DNA of 64,000 nucleotides, taken from positions 8,645-72,644 of the forward strand of contig PCYM01000010.1 of assembly GCA_002774875.1 (NCBI GenBank). Reading direction: 5' to 3'. Below the pieces are notes generated by a model that saw only the letters and a list, made by a program, of their open reading frames with translations, made no database searches and was not told the DNA's origin. Position numbers and translations under genes: made by a program. Shown piece after piece: positions 39,889 through 51,304 of the stretch (the stretch's first letter is position 1; every line of letters begins with the position of its first letter). Source of the DNA: Candidatus Uhrbacteria bacterium CG10_big_fil_rev_8_21_14_0_10_50_16 (GTDB lineage: Bacteria; Patescibacteriota; Patescibacteriia; UBA9934; UBA11717).

Positions 39889-42800
39889 AACGCGCACGTC
39901 ACATCTTTGAAAAGCTTTTCCTCGGATGGATGATCGGAGTTATGCTTGTAGCCTCTTCGTTTGCGGTTCCTCGCGCTGCGTTGGCGCAAGGATTGCCTGT
40001 TATCGACTCCTCGTTGCTTGGATTTAAGACGAAGGAAGAAATTGAGAAAGCGATTCTTAAACCACTGGGCGTGGCGTTGATTCAAATTCTTATTAACCTG
40101 GTTTCGTTCGTGGCAAACCGATTAGCCTACGACGCAGCGTTGGCGATTGCCTCGGGTGGTAAGGGACAAACGGCAAACTTTGAATATCGGAGTATTGAAG
40201 AATACGGACAAGATTTGTGGCAGTCTGTGTTAGGAGAATCTATTGGTCAGCTTTCCGAAGGGTTAGATATGGCGGGGGTGAATTTTGATGTTTGTGCGCC
40301 AACAAGCCCAATAAAGACATTGAATTTACAACTAGGGATAGCCGGTGGTGCACGACCAGAGCCGACCTGTGACTTTAGGGATATTCAATCCAACTGGGAA
40401 GGATTCGTGGCGACGTTGCAGGAGGATGCCGATCCAAACAGGATTTTTGATGAATTTGCGGCTTCTTTCGGTCAGGGTCAAACGGAATTGTCGGCGACAA
40501 TTAGTATTTTGTCTCAAACATACGCACAGGCGGCTCAGACGCAAGATATAAAAACCAGTGAACTCCTCGCAAACGATCGCTTTAAAGACGTGGAGGATTT
40601 TATTACGGGGAATGTCAAAACACCTTCCACTGTGTTGGAGGATCAGTTTAAGGGGAAGTTAGATGAGGCTCAGAACAATCAGACAGAGGCACTTAAGAGC
40701 GCCTTATTTGGAAACGAGGGAGCTTTGTTGCAAATTGGTGTGTCAGCGGGATCGGTATTCTTAAATACCTTGTTGAGCCAATTGACCAACAAGATTTACA
40801 CAGGATTGTTTGAACCGCCAACTACGGGAGGCGTGTTTAATCCAGACTTTATTAATATTCGTGGACGCGATCGGGCACGAGAGACGTTTAAGGGATTGCT
40901 CACGACGCCTATCCAAACGTTGGATCAGTACAACGTAGTAAACCAATTTGTCACGTGTCCCGGTGCTACAAATCGCGGTCCAAATAACTGTGTCATGGAC
41001 ACAAGTTTTGCGGCGATTATCTCGCGTTCGGAGGCGGGTGAGGGAATGACGATTCAGCAAGCGATTGACGCGGATTTGTTGCACGGTGGATGGCCGTTGG
41101 TCTCTTCTGCGCGAGCGGATTTAGATCAAGACGCATTTTGTTACACACAGGCATACTGTTATTCCAACCTCGTTAAGATGCGTGTCGCCCGTGTTATTCC
41201 GGTGGGTCTTGAGATCGCGGCCGACAAATCAGGGCAAGGAAACTTACCCGTGATTACGCTGCAACAGGCCGTGAACGCCTTTAACGATTGTAATTTTGAA
41301 AATCCCGACGCCTTGTTAGATGCGAATAATCCTTACTGTCACTTGGTGGATCCAAATTGGGTGATTAAGTATCCAGAAACGCAATGTCGCGCGCAAGTGT
41401 TTGGTCAAACATTAGTTGCGGAGAGCGCAAATGTTCGTGCCGAGACCTGTGTAGACACACCAAGTTGTATCTCTGAAGATGAGAATGGAAACTGTGTGGG
41501 TGGATATGGATACTGTACACGTGAGCGAAACGTGTGGCAGTTTGATGGAGATGTGTGTCCATCGCAATATGCAAGTTGTACAACGCTTACGAGTCGTACG
41601 GGTGAGAGAGATAGTTTGCTTACCAACACGGTTGATTTTGCCGGATGTAATGCCGACAATGCTGGTTGTGCATGGTATCGAACAGAACAACAGCGTAACG
41701 ACAACGACACACCCGCAGATCCAACGGATGATATATTTACATGGGGAACAGAAGTGCCAAACGACAATGGAACACCGGGCGATCCAACGGATGATTTTGT
41801 GGACATTACGGACACTAACCCTGCTGCCGCACCGAATGTATCTACAGTTCGAACCTATTTTAACGCGCAGACGCAGGCGTGTCGCGCAGCAGATGCAGGA
41901 TGTACCGATCTCGTACGCGCGTCGTCGTCCACATTAAACCCAGTGCTTAATGCGAGTTTTGAAGATGATGCAGATCAAAACAACGCTCCGGATCATTGGG
42001 ATTTGGGATCAGGATCGCAATATCGTACGTCTGGCTTGGATGCCGCTTTTGGGGGAGACGCTGTGTGGATTCCCGAAGGGGATGCGATTCTTACGCATGA
42101 ATCTGTTCATCTATCCGCAAATCAATTTGTAACCGTATCGTTTCATACACGCGGAGAGGCTTTGTTAAACACGAGTGTAGAATCTTTGTTGACGTTTGTG
42201 AACGCAAGTGGAGTTGGCGTTACACCAACAATCTTGTTGAATTCCCCAAACTGTACGTCGGGCGGAGGATCAGTCTTTTTTGAAGGAACGGCGGGAGATA
42301 CGTATGAACGATTCTCGTGTACGTTTACGACACCTTCTCTTGCGGACACGTGGATGACTATTCGACTCGAGGCAGTAGCAGGGGACGCCTATATTGATGG
42401 GGTGCAGGTGGACGAACAGGAGGTCACAACAAACTTCCATGTCGGGTACGGTTCCTCTTCAGAACGCGTAGATATTCGCGTAGCTCCAGACTATTTGGAA
42501 TGTACGGGTAATGCGACAGACGCAGAGATTTGTAATAATTATGCACCCGTGTGTCGCGCGTCGGAGGTGGGATGTACCGCCTACACACCAACAAACGGAG
42601 ACCCAACGGTGCCTGGAATCGTTAATTCTACTAATACGTGTCCGTCTGAGTGTGTAGGGTATGAGACCTATCGTCAGTTAGCATCTAACTTCTCTACAGC
42701 AGTTTTCCCAACCACCTTTATTGCCGATTCTGCACGGAGCTGTACCGCGGAGGCGGCGGGATGTTCTGAATTTACCAATCTTGACGCACTCGCAGAGGGT

Positions 42801-45800
42801 GGAGAGAGCCGTGAGTATTTTGTTGACGTGCGAGCGTGTCAGGAAGAGGCAGAGGCGGCAAATACGGGCGCGGTATATTACACATGGGAAGGATCCGATG
42901 TATCAGGATTTCAACTCCGTACATGGTCACTTAAACAATCCAATGCAGGAGATGCTCCTTGTACAGACTTTAATGCGGCCTCGGGCACGTGTGTTGATGC
43001 GTCAACGGCGGCCCCTGCGGGATGTAGCCAGCATGCGGATATCTTCCTTGACCCAGATTGTCGCGAGTTTTACGATGCGAGCGGCGACATTCATTATCGC
43101 TACTATTCGGATACCGTCACGGTGGACAACGCGTGTAGCCCTTATCGTAAGACCAACTCAACGCTTAACGATTGTCAGACAACGGGTGGCGTATGGAACG
43201 TCTCGGCGGGAAACTGTACGTATAACATCATGCCATCGGAAAGTACACAGTGTTCTGCAGCGGCAAACGGCTGTCGTGGATACACCGGAAACACCGGAAA
43301 CAATACACGCATCGTGTTACAAGAATATTTTGAGACAGGGAACTTGGGCAATTGGCCAGATGTTTCCGGTACGTCGTTATACAGTAATGAGTCCGTCGCG
43401 GCCGGTGGTCATTCGATGCTCGTTGGCAATGTGGTTGCGGCACAGCAAAGCGAAGGACAGATCTTTGCCGAGCGTGGTTACATCTTGTCTTTCTGGGCAA
43501 AAGGAAGTGGTACATTGCTTGCCAATTTTGTGGGGGCGACTGGTCCAAGCGTAAGTATGGTGCCAGGATTAACGTTGACCAACGGATGGCAGGAATACAC
43601 GTTTGGTCCTGTGACTCCAACGGGTGCCGGATTTGACGAGGCAACTGCGCGTTTAACGTTTGATCTCAACGGAACAGCAGCGTACGTGGATAATATTACA
43701 TTGCGAGAAGTACAAGACACGGCGTACCTCATTGAGAATAGCTGGGTTACTCCGTCCACGTGTGACCAGACGCCACAGGGCGTTGCGGCGCCACAGTTCT
43801 ACCTTGGTTGTCAGGAATACCGCACACATCGCGGAGAGACGGTAGACCTTACCTCATTTGCCTCAATTTGCCGTCAGGAGGCAATTGGTTGTGAAGGATT
43901 CTTTGATACGCAAAACTCTAATAGCCCGTATCCTCAGGCCTTTAATCTTACCTGTAGCGTGGGCGGATCGGTAACGGAGCCAACGCCTTGTTCGTTTGAT
44001 GGTAAGGACGTCTGTACTGTTTTCCCAGGTCAGGCAACGTGTAAGTTTCAGGCAAATGGAGTAGACGCGCCGTTTACGCTCGCGCCGTACTTGGCAGAAG
44101 ACACCGAGGTGGTCCCTCGCGACGAGAAGGTATTCCTCGTTGATCTACCACAGTATCGTTGTAGCGCACAGGCGGCAGGGTGTACGTTGTACGGCAGCCC
44201 AGACTTTAATATCGACAATACAGAAGTAACGGCCTACGCGAGCGTGGCATTGTTGAACGATCCAGACACCTATGGAGACACGTTGTGTGAGCAGGAAGAT
44301 TTATTCTGCGATGCGTATAGCTCGGACGGTGGCGCGCTGTTCTACTTTAAGAATCCTGGAAGTCAGAAATGTGAGTACAAGGAGTTGGTGACGATCGAGG
44401 GAACGGTGTATTCCGGTTGGTTCCGTGTAGGTGGAAGTGAGCCATGTTATTACGACGACCTCAACAATAATGGAGAATTTGATGCAGCAAGTGAGTTATC
44501 AGACAGCTACTTGATTGGCGGAACAGCGTTTGGCATTTGGCACAATGGGGATGCAGCAAACTACGATGGTTGGGCGGGAACTTGTCCTGCTGAGCAGAGT
44601 TCGTGTTCTGAGTTTGTGGATGTTGTGGACGTGGCCGATGGTCTCCATCCAAACGGTCGACCGTATTACTATTTGAACAATGACCGCATTAATCCTGCGG
44701 CAGATTCGGCGTCAGAATCGTGTAATGGCCTTATTTCGCAAGAGCAAGGTTGTGTTGGATTCAATAATAATGCAACACCGTTTGTGACGTTTAATGCGTC
44801 GGCAAGTTACATTAAGAGTTGGCACTCGGATACATTAGTGAATGCCGACAAGCGGTTTACGCCTGTGGATCCGGTGGATTGTAGCTCGGGAACGGGAGGC
44901 ATCTACACACTGCCAGACGGATCGACCATCGATTTGTGTCAAAGCTTCTGTGTGTATCCAACGCAAACAGGGTTTAGTGGCGATCTTCCGCAGTACAACG
45001 TGAGTGTAGAGGGATCGTGCGTGGTGGATCAGGATTGCGGAACGCGGACCGATACATTCGGGGCGGATCAACAAGGTTCTTGTTACAAGGCGTATGAGCC
45101 AAACCCAGATGCGTACCTCTGTTTGGGGGGTGGAGAGCATGGCGAGTTACACCAGAACAGTGGTTCTTGTGTAACAAGTCAGGCATTCTTTGTGCCGGGT
45201 CGTGTGCAGAGTATTTACGGAACTTCGCAACGACAGCCAAATGATGCGAATACTATTTTAAATGTGCGACGTGATCGACAATGTTCGGAATGGTTGGCCT
45301 GCGATAGTCAGACATCTGCGTGGGACGATGAGCAAGGAAAATTTGTGAATGTGTGTAACTCGGTCAGCTTGTGTAACGAGTATTCAGCCGTTGGAAGCCA
45401 GTCATTCTGCTCCAACTGGATTGAGGAGCCAATACGTGTGTTGGACGACGTAGAATACGCAAACCGTGATGTTACCTGGTATGGATCCGAATATTCTGGG
45501 TACTCAATTCCGGATCAGTATGCGGTTCAGGATTACAGTCAGATCAACATTAATCCGGAGAAGCTGTGTCAGAATTCTGTCAGCGGAAAAATCTATAATG
45601 TCTCGGGTGGTGTGACGGTTTATAATTCAGTGAGTGGTCAATGGGATAATGGTGTGCCTGCCTCCTGTGCGTCTACAAATAACTGTCTCGGATTTAGTGC
45701 GGATGCAATTTGTACGAGTGCGGACGAGGATTATCGGCTTGCCGTTACGCTGGGGCCATGTGTTACCGGAACGGCTAATGGAGCAAGTTGTTCTGTTGGT

Positions 45801-48800
45801 CAGTGTACCGATACGCTGCTTGCCTGTGCTTCTAATGCGGATTGCGGTACCGGTCCTGGAGTCTTCTGTAATCTTGCACCAACGGTAGCAGAATCCGGTC
45901 AGTGTTTTAATGGTCTTTGTGCAAGTTCTGTTGATGGAACGGATTTGGTAAACGCCACCAGACAAGAGTGTCGTGGATACCCGGAAAGTAACGCTCCATT
46001 CCCAAATGACATCGTAACAAACTGGACGGCACAGCGGGCGCTTGTTTTGCCAAACGATGGTCCATTAGAAGAACGTCCAACGGCGTTTAGGCCCGGTTTT
46101 GCCAATGCGACCTATTGTGCCAGCGGTGAGGCGTGTGATTGTTCCTATGTCACGGCCGAATACGGTGGAGGGGTGAAGAGTTTAAATTTGGCGAGAGGAA
46201 ATGGTGAAGGTGCGCTTCCGGGGGTCTGTGTTGGGGGAGAATTTGAGGGAAGCTCTTGTACGGGAGATAATCAATGTAGCAACACTTCCGGTGGAGGCGG
46301 AGGTATCTGTGAGTTTATTACCGCAAAGAACACCTTTATTGGGTGGCCGGGATTCTGTATCCAGAGTGATTTGAGCATCAACATTAACGCGAGCCAGGAT
46401 AAAAACGCGTGTTTGCTCTGGTTGCCGGTAGACCAGTTGCGTGGCGGAACAGATATCTATAATAAGTTTACCGAGGCGGGATTCTCTATTGCTAACACTA
46501 CGTACTGCACACAAAACAGCGTGTTTATTGACTTGGGCGTAACGGGTGCGCAGGATACAATTAGCAACGATGACATTAATGACACCATTGCGCCTGCGTG
46601 TGCCGCTTCCTTCCCACCAGATGCCACGGGCGTGCCAACACCTCCTATCGGATTTACGGATCCATTGGGTGCTTGGTTTGTGCAAATGGTGAATGCAACC
46701 GCAAACGGTGTTACAAGAAATGTTCCGGAAAACGCAAGCGGATCCGAGGCTGCGACCGGTGGATGTGACGCAGATGAATATAACTCGTGTTGGGCGAGTG
46801 TGGCGTGTCCAAAAAATTACTTTGCTGTGATTGGAGCCTGCGAGGCAGACGCCAACGTGTGTGGAAACTCGGCAGGGCCAGAAGGTGATGTGTTTGAGGA
46901 TTGTCCGTACTTCTGTGTGCCATATGGCTCAAAGTACGAGCTTCCGGTTGATGCAATCGGTGCGGTACCCGGAGACGTGTGTGCTCCGCCTGCCAACATG
47001 GTTGCCAATGGAATGACGGTGCCCATTAACTCAACGGCATTGGATCTTGGGTTGACGGACGAGGAAGAAATCTTTAGTAGAGCCACCTGGTCCGGAACTT
47101 CTGGCCCTGCATCTGAACAGGGCACAGACACGGCGTTTGGATACTTGGTAAACGACGAGGACTTCCAAGCTCTTGAGGACCGTTATGCAAGCTGCAGAGT
47201 ACGAGGATATGAGTGGAATGCGGACAGTCTTCTAGATAATTATTACGTCCCTTTGTGGCCTGTAGAAAGTTTAATGATCTCTGATCTGGAGCATAACTGG
47301 GAATATTATCTTGGATGCTCGGAGCTCGCCTTTACAAGCGTAGAGGCAGGGTACGGTAATCAGTCAGATACCGTTGGTAACGCGGCCTATACAAACCGTG
47401 CGTTGACGCCAAACCAGAATGTTGCTTGGCAATACACACTCAATGAAGCCGGAATGCCAAGTGCGTTGAGTTACAACAGCGCAACACAGCCGGATGATGT
47501 GGGACGTATTGTGCCAAGTTATGAGTTTACGGATGCGTCGCACATAACAATCAACGATCCAACACAGGCAGACTTTGCCGGTGCCACCGTGTTGGCATGT
47601 AACAACTCAAACCTCTCCCTGGAACCGCTCGCGGAGGGAAGTGCCTGCACCACGCTTACAGGAAACATTACAACGTCTGCCAGAAGTTACGATGATACAA
47701 GTTTCTCTTTGCCGTCTGCCTTAAATGGAGGTGAGTTTGATTGTGATATTGCGACGGATTGTCCAAACTACACAGCGCCAAGCGGAGGGCAGTGTTTAAC
47801 AGGTGTAAATAACTTTGCTTGTTTTGTTGGGTGTGATGAGGGGTCTATGCAAGCAAATGACATTGCAAATGCGTATATTGCAAGTGGATGGAACATAGCA
47901 GGTGCCAACAGTTGGTGTGCTTCGATGGAACTTGGATCCTGTGTGGCAGATATAAATAATTTATCTAATCAATTGGACTATACATGTCAGCGATATTATG
48001 GACATCCATTAAGCTCGATCGTTGGAGAGGCAAACCAAGCAGCTGCTCTTGGAACCTCACAAAATGTCTGTAACTCAGCCTCGGCAAACGGCACCTTCTT
48101 TGATTCGTCGACCTGGATGGCAGCAAACCCAACAGGTGATTGGGAGTCGTTCGTTTTCGCCACAGAACATCAGTGCGATATAAGTGGTGGAGATGCGATG
48201 TGTGATACGGATTCGCAGTGTGGAGGGTCGCCTGGAACGCTGTGTCTTAACAACACCTGTTCAATAGACCTCACATCGATTCCAAACGCGGATATTATTC
48301 CAATTAAAAATCCGGGTTCTACGCCGGCGCAGGTGTTAGGTCGTCTGAAGCAATTCTTTGCACGCGTGTATTCCTTCTGGGAGTATGACGATGAAACAGC
48401 AACGATTGCCCGTTCAACCAATAATGCCGATGCGCCAGTTACGGTTGGAGGAACAGGTGTGTATGAAAAAATTGGACTCGGACCTTTCTCTGCCGCCGAT
48501 CTTGATGATCGGCAAGACGGAGATGCAAACGGCACGGGACCAAACAATGGAACGCCAACATCTCCACAAGTGGCGAGCGTGACGGATAATTGCGTAGGGA
48601 CGAATTGTGTGGAAGGTGAAACGGGAACATTTAGTGTCAACGGTAGCGCGGGACGTATTTGGAACGCGCAACGGAGCTTCTTGGCAAACATTGAGTTCTA
48701 TGCCTTTACTGATCCAAACCAATATCCATTAAAGAATGTGATTGTGGATTGGGGAGATGGGCAGGAGACAGGTTGGGGAGCATCGCTGAGTATTCCAAAT

Positions 48801-49361
48801 TCGCTCGCCAATGTTTGGGGGCGTGGTGATGAGGTGGGGTCTACAACGGATGACAATTATTACAAAGCCCACCGTGGGTTGAACGCGAGCCAACAGCAAA
48901 TTTGTGTGCCTCCATCCGGGGAGGAAGAATGGGGCAAGACGTCCGATAGTTGTCAAAGCGGACCGTTCCAATTCCAACATAATTACCGTTGTACACCGGG
49001 GATGTTTAACTGGCTCCAGGTCGCTGGGCGTGAGTGTCATTATGTAACGGGCACAAACATCTTAGAAAACTCGCCGTGTTATGAGCCGGGTGGGGATGTG
49101 TGTATCTTCCAACCGCGGGTGTACGTAAAAGATAACTGGGATTACTGTACGGGTGTGTGTACGATTGGGCCGAATGGCAATTCTACGTGTCAGGGGTCTG
49201 TATTGTTACCTTTTTCGCCGGTTGATTTAATAGCAGAGTGTAATCAAAATATTTGGCCTCGCACAGAATTAGATGACCCAGGGTATCCAAATGGCAGTTA
49301 TAATAATCCTTGGATCAACTGGGATGGCAACATCCGTATAACACCTACCAATAACTTGTAA
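39885..49361 (+). CDS. Giant (3158 aa) cysteine-rich exported/surface protein
   Basis: Uninterrupted ORF with signal peptide; CBM-like segments (NASFEDD...W; LSFWAKG...WQEY); many CxxxxxC modules; C-terminal VDWGDG PKD-like motif. Confidence 0.9.
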   Translation: MKRARHIFEKLFLGWMIGVMLVASSFAVPRAALAQGLPVIDSSLLGFKTKEEIEKAILKPLGVALIQILINLVSFVANRLAYDAALAIASGGKGQTANFEYRSIEEYGQDLWQSVLGESIGQLSEGLDMAGVNFDVCAPTSPIKTLNLQLGIAGGARPEPTCDFRDIQSNWEGFVATLQEDADPNRIFDEFAASFGQGQTELSATISILSQTYAQAAQTQDIKTSELLANDRFKDVEDFITGNVKTPSTVLEDQFKGKLDEAQNNQTEALKSALFGNEGALLQIGVSAGSVFLNTLLSQLTNKIYTGLFEPPTTGGVFNPDFINIRGRDRARETFKGLLTTPIQTLDQYNVVNQFVTCPGATNRGPNNCVMDTSFAAIISRSEAGEGMTIQQAIDADLLHGGWPLVSSARADLDQDAFCYTQAYCYSNLVKMRVARVIPVGLEIAADKSGQGNLPVITLQQAVNAFNDCNFENPDALLDANNPYCHLVDPNWVIKYPETQCRAQVFGQTLVAESANVRAETCVDTPSCISEDENGNCVGGYGYCTRERNVWQFDGDVCPSQYASCTTLTSRTGERDSLLTNTVDFAGCNADNAGCAWYRTEQQRNDNDTPADPTDDIFTWGTEVPNDNGTPGDPTDDFVDITDTNPAAAPNVSTVRTYFNAQTQACRAADAGCTDLVRASSSTLNPVLNASFEDDADQNNAPDHWDLGSGSQYRTSGLDAAFGGDAVWIPEGDAILTHESVHLSANQFVTVSFHTRGEALLNTSVESLLTFVNASGVGVTPTILLNSPNCTSGGGSVFFEGTAGDTYERFSCTFTTPSLADTWMTIRLEAVAGDAYIDGVQVDEQEVTTNFHVGYGSSSERVDIRVAPDYLECTGNATDAEICNNYAPVCRASEVGCTAYTPTNGDPTVPGIVNSTNTCPSECVGYETYRQLASNFSTAVFPTTFIADSARSCTAEAAGCSEFTNLDALAEGGESREYFVDVRACQEEAEAANTGAVYYTWEGSDVSGFQLRTWSLKQSNAGDAPCTDFNAASGTCVDASTAAPAGCSQHADIFLDPDCREFYDASGDIHYRYYSDTVTVDNACSPYRKTNSTLNDCQTTGGVWNVSAGNCTYNIMPSESTQCSAAANGCRGYTGNTGNNTRIVLQEYFETGNLGNWPDVSGTSLYSNESVAAGGHSMLVGNVVAAQQSEGQIFAERGYILSFWAKGSGTLLANFVGATGPSVSMVPGLTLTNGWQEYTFGPVTPTGAGFDEATARLTFDLNGTAAYVDNITLREVQDTAYLIENSWVTPSTCDQTPQGVAAPQFYLGCQEYRTHRGETVDLTSFASICRQEAIGCEGFFDTQNSNSPYPQAFNLTCSVGGSVTEPTPCSFDGKDVCTVFPGQATCKFQANGVDAPFTLAPYLAEDTEVVPRDEKVFLVDLPQYRCSAQAAGCTLYGSPDFNIDNTEVTAYASVALLNDPDTYGDTLCEQEDLFCDAYSSDGGALFYFKNPGSQKCEYKELVTIEGTVYSGWFRVGGSEPCYYDDLNNNGEFDAASELSDSYLIGGTAFGIWHNGDAANYDGWAGTCPAEQSSCSEFVDVVDVADGLHPNGRPYYYLNNDRINPAADSASESCNGLISQEQGCVGFNNNATPFVTFNASASYIKSWHSDTLVNADKRFTPVDPVDCSSGTGGIYTLPDGSTIDLCQSFCVYPTQTGFSGDLPQYNVSVEGSCVVDQDCGTRTDTFGADQQGSCYKAYEPNPDAYLCLGGGEHGELHQNSGSCVTSQAFFVPGRVQSIYGTSQRQPNDANTILNVRRDRQCSEWLACDSQTSAWDDEQGKFVNVCNSVSLCNEYSAVGSQSFCSNWIEEPIRVLDDVEYANRDVTWYGSEYSGYSIPDQYAVQDYSQININPEKLCQNSVSGKIYNVSGGVTVYNSVSGQWDNGVPASCASTNNCLGFSADAICTSADEDYRLAVTLGPCVTGTANGASCSVGQCTDTLLACASNADCGTGPGVFCNLAPTVAESGQCFNGLCASSVDGTDLVNATRQECRGYPESNAPFPNDIVTNWTAQRALVLPNDGPLEERPTAFRPGFANATYCASGEACDCSYVTAEYGGGVKSLNLARGNGEGALPGVCVGGEFEGSSCTGDNQCSNTSGGGGGICEFITAKNTFIGWPGFCIQSDLSININASQDKNACLLWLPVDQLRGGTDIYNKFTEAGFSIANTTYCTQNSVFIDLGVTGAQDTISNDDINDTIAPACAASFPPDATGVPTPPIGFTDPLGAWFVQMVNATANGVTRNVPENASGSEAATGGCDADEYNSCWASVACPKNYFAVIGACEADANVCGNSAGPEGDVFEDCPYFCVPYGSKYELPVDAIGAVPGDVCAPPANMVANGMTVPINSTALDLGLTDEEEIFSRATWSGTSGPASEQGTDTAFGYLVNDEDFQALEDRYASCRVRGYEWNADSLLDNYYVPLWPVESLMISDLEHNWEYYLGCSELAFTSVEAGYGNQSDTVGNAAYTNRALTPNQNVAWQYTLNEAGMPSALSYNSATQPDDVGRIVPSYEFTDASHITINDPTQADFAGATVLACNNSNLSLEPLAEGSACTTLTGNITTSARSYDDTSFSLPSALNGGEFDCDIATDCPNYTAPSGGQCLTGVNNFACFVGCDEGSMQANDIANAYIASGWNIAGANSWCASMELGSCVADINNLSNQLDYTCQRYYGHPLSSIVGEANQAAALGTSQNVCNSASANGTFFDSSTWMAANPTGDWESFVFATEHQCDISGGDAMCDTDSQCGGSPGTLCLNNTCSIDLTSIPNADIIPIKNPGSTPAQVLGRLKQFFARVYSFWEYDDETATIARSTNNADAPVTVGGTGVYEKIGLGPFSAADLDDRQDGDANGTGPNNGTPTSPQVASVTDNCVGTNCVEGETGTFSVNGSAGRIWNAQRSFLANIEFYAFTDPNQYPLKNVIVDWGDGQETGWGASLSIPNSLANVWGRGDEVGSTTDDNYYKAHRGLNASQQQICVPPSGEEEWGKTSDSCQSGPFQFQHNYRCTPGMFNWLQVAGRECHYVTGTNILENSPCYEPGGDVCIFQPRVYVKDNWDYCTGVCTIGPNGNSTCQGSVLLPFSPVDLIAECNQNIWPRTELDDPGYPNGSYNNPWINWDGNIRITPTNNL

Positions 49362-49364
49362 CAT

Positions 49365-49386
49365 AAAAGAGCCGTAAGGCTCTTTT
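49365..49386 (+). terminator. Bidirectional intrinsic terminator
   Basis: AAAAGAGCC-GTAA-GGCTCTTTT. Confidence 0.8.
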
Positions 49387-49488
49387 ATCTTTAAGGTAAG
49401 ATTAGAAAAAGGTCTATTTTGCCTAGAAAAAAGGACACCCGCCACGTACAGGAGGTACGGGCGGGGTCGTGAGGGTTGAACGGAGCGA

Positions 49489-50142
49489 TCAGAGGCGATC
49501 GCAGTGGATGTTGAGTTGATCACCGAGATCGTAGGTGATGGCACCTTCGATCTCGGTGTAGCTCTCGTCGAACGTGGCATCGAGGCGTCCCTGCCCATCC
49601 ACGATGGCCACCAATTCGCGGTTGAAGAGCACTCCACCCACCTGGCCGGTGATCTCTTGACCATCTTCGGTCTGAAGAAAGACGGTGCTGTGGGACGGCC
49701 CGAAGGCGCAGTCCCACGCCCATCCGGCGTAGGGGGTGTCGATCGTGGGGACGTTGAGCATCCCTCCGTCCCGAACGCTGAACTCGATGGTCTCCGGCTG
49801 GTTGAACATCTCCGCCCAGCGAGGGTTGTTGTAGGTCACAACCTCCGCCTTGCCGTGGGCTACGGTCACCTCACACGGCGGGCGGGCCCAGGGGGCGTCG
49901 CGGGGATCGATCCCGGGGGGGATGACCTCGATCTCGTACGGACCTCCCTCCTGGAGGGTGACCGTGTGATCCACGGCATGGCCGTCGATCTCGAGGTCGA
50001 ACGCGTCCGGACGGCCGATGTCGACCGTGACCGTGACGTCGCCGCTGATGACCGTGTCGTCGTCGTCCCCGGGGAGCAGGGACGGGTCGCAACCGGTGAA
50101 CAGGACGCTGCCGAGCAGCGCCGCGATGAGCATGGAACGCAT
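49489..50142 (-). CDS. GC-rich orphan lipoprotein
   Basis: Lipobox MRSMLIAALLGSVLFTG-C; SD AAGGAG. Confidence 0.75.
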   Translation of the reverse strand: MRSMLIAALLGSVLFTGCDPSLLPGDDDDTVISGDVTVTVDIGRPDAFDLEIDGHAVDHTVTLQEGGPYEIEVIPPGIDPRDAPWARPPCEVTVAHGKAEVVTYNNPRWAEMFNQPETIEFSVRDGGMLNVPTIDTPYAGWAWDCAFGPSHSTVFLQTEDGQEITGQVGGVLFNRELVAIVDGQGRLDATFDESYTEIEGAITYDLGDQLNIHCDRL

Positions 50143-50754
50143 GGCGTTCTCCTTTGCCCCGAAGGGCGGCATTTGCCGCGCTGTAGGGCGCTGCTGTGAG
50201 GGCTGCATCTAACGGATTTATTCCCGCCAGACACTGCTTCCTACCTATAAGCTAGCATATATTTTGAAAATTGTCAATAAAGACCCTCAACAAGGGCTTT
50301 CTCTCTTTAAAATAGCATTGCCGGTTTTACGCCAACGTTAGCCGTGTTTTTGAAAGGGTTCTACACAGGTTATCCACAGGTCAGTGTCGATGGGTGTCGA
50401 CAAAAAAGAGTAGAGAACCCGCCTTACTGGGTTGATCGTAAAAAAGGACGCGTGCAAAACCTGTCGACGTGGATCGACAAAAACACGTCCAATTACCCCC
50501 AGAATCCCCGATTGACGGAACAAAACGACTCTGTTGATATGGACGTGTTGACGCAAACAAACGACAACCCGGTGAAGCAAATCAACCGTTTGAATCACTT
50601 GCTTGTAGGTGTGTTTGCGCGCGACGTGTACGGATCGGGGGGCGTCTTAAGCGCTTGAGGCGCGCAATGTGATCTTTGCCTCTGGGTGGCTCTGGGTTTG
50701 GGGAGGCCTGTAACCGCTCAGGGCGACGGTCACATACCGTTGGAGGGTTTTATC

Positions 50755-51303
50755 ATGATGCAGAGAACAATTTTGTGTGCGGTTTTGGTGCTGTGTTGCC
50801 AGTGTACGGAGACGAATGAGCCTGGGTATGCCTATACGCCCATGTTCACAATTCCATTTAGTCGAGAGGAAACACTCTCCGTGAGTTCGTCTACACCTTG
50901 GCAGATGGAGCTGGAGGCAGATGTAGCCACGGATGTCGTGGCACCGCAACACGGCAAGGTGATTGAGGTTCGGGTGGGTTCTATTACCATTCGTCATTGG
51001 GACGCGAGTGCAGTTCTGGTGGTGGATGACGTGTGGGAGCCTCTGGTGTTGGTGGGTGATCGCCTGTGTGCAGGAGATGTGATCGGTCATTCCCGACGTG
51101 CGCGGGTTCGTGCATTTTGGGATGAGAAGGAGATGACGGATCAGCAAGACATTTCCATGGTTCGTTTGGTGCGAGATCACGTGGTGATCAACGGTTCCGA
51201 TGTGTCTGCAGGGGACAGAGTCTATAGTGCTCTTTCCTTGGCGCAGGACGAACGAGATTCAGATGTCGATCGGGCACGGTGTCCGTATCGAGATGGAGAG
51301 TAA
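50755..51303 (+). CDS. Exported degenerate M23/hybrid-motif protein
   Basis: VVAPQHGKV...ITIRH...VLVGDRLCAGDVIG; Zn-binding His motifs absent; SD GGAGG. Confidence 0.6.
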   Translation: MMQRTILCAVLVLCCQCTETNEPGYAYTPMFTIPFSREETLSVSSSTPWQMELEADVATDVVAPQHGKVIEVRVGSITIRHWDASAVLVVDDVWEPLVLVGDRLCAGDVIGHSRRARVRAFWDEKEMTDQQDISMVRLVRDHVVINGSDVSAGDRVYSALSLAQDERDSDVDRARCPYRDGE

Positions 51304-51304
51304 G

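Noticed and set aside
50340..50660. Replication origin (TTATCCACA at 50370, A-tracts, repeated TCGACAAAAA)
   Set aside because: Only one perfect DnaA box, no AT-rich unwinding element and no dnaA/dnaN nearby. Another lone box at about 24422 shows these occur singly.
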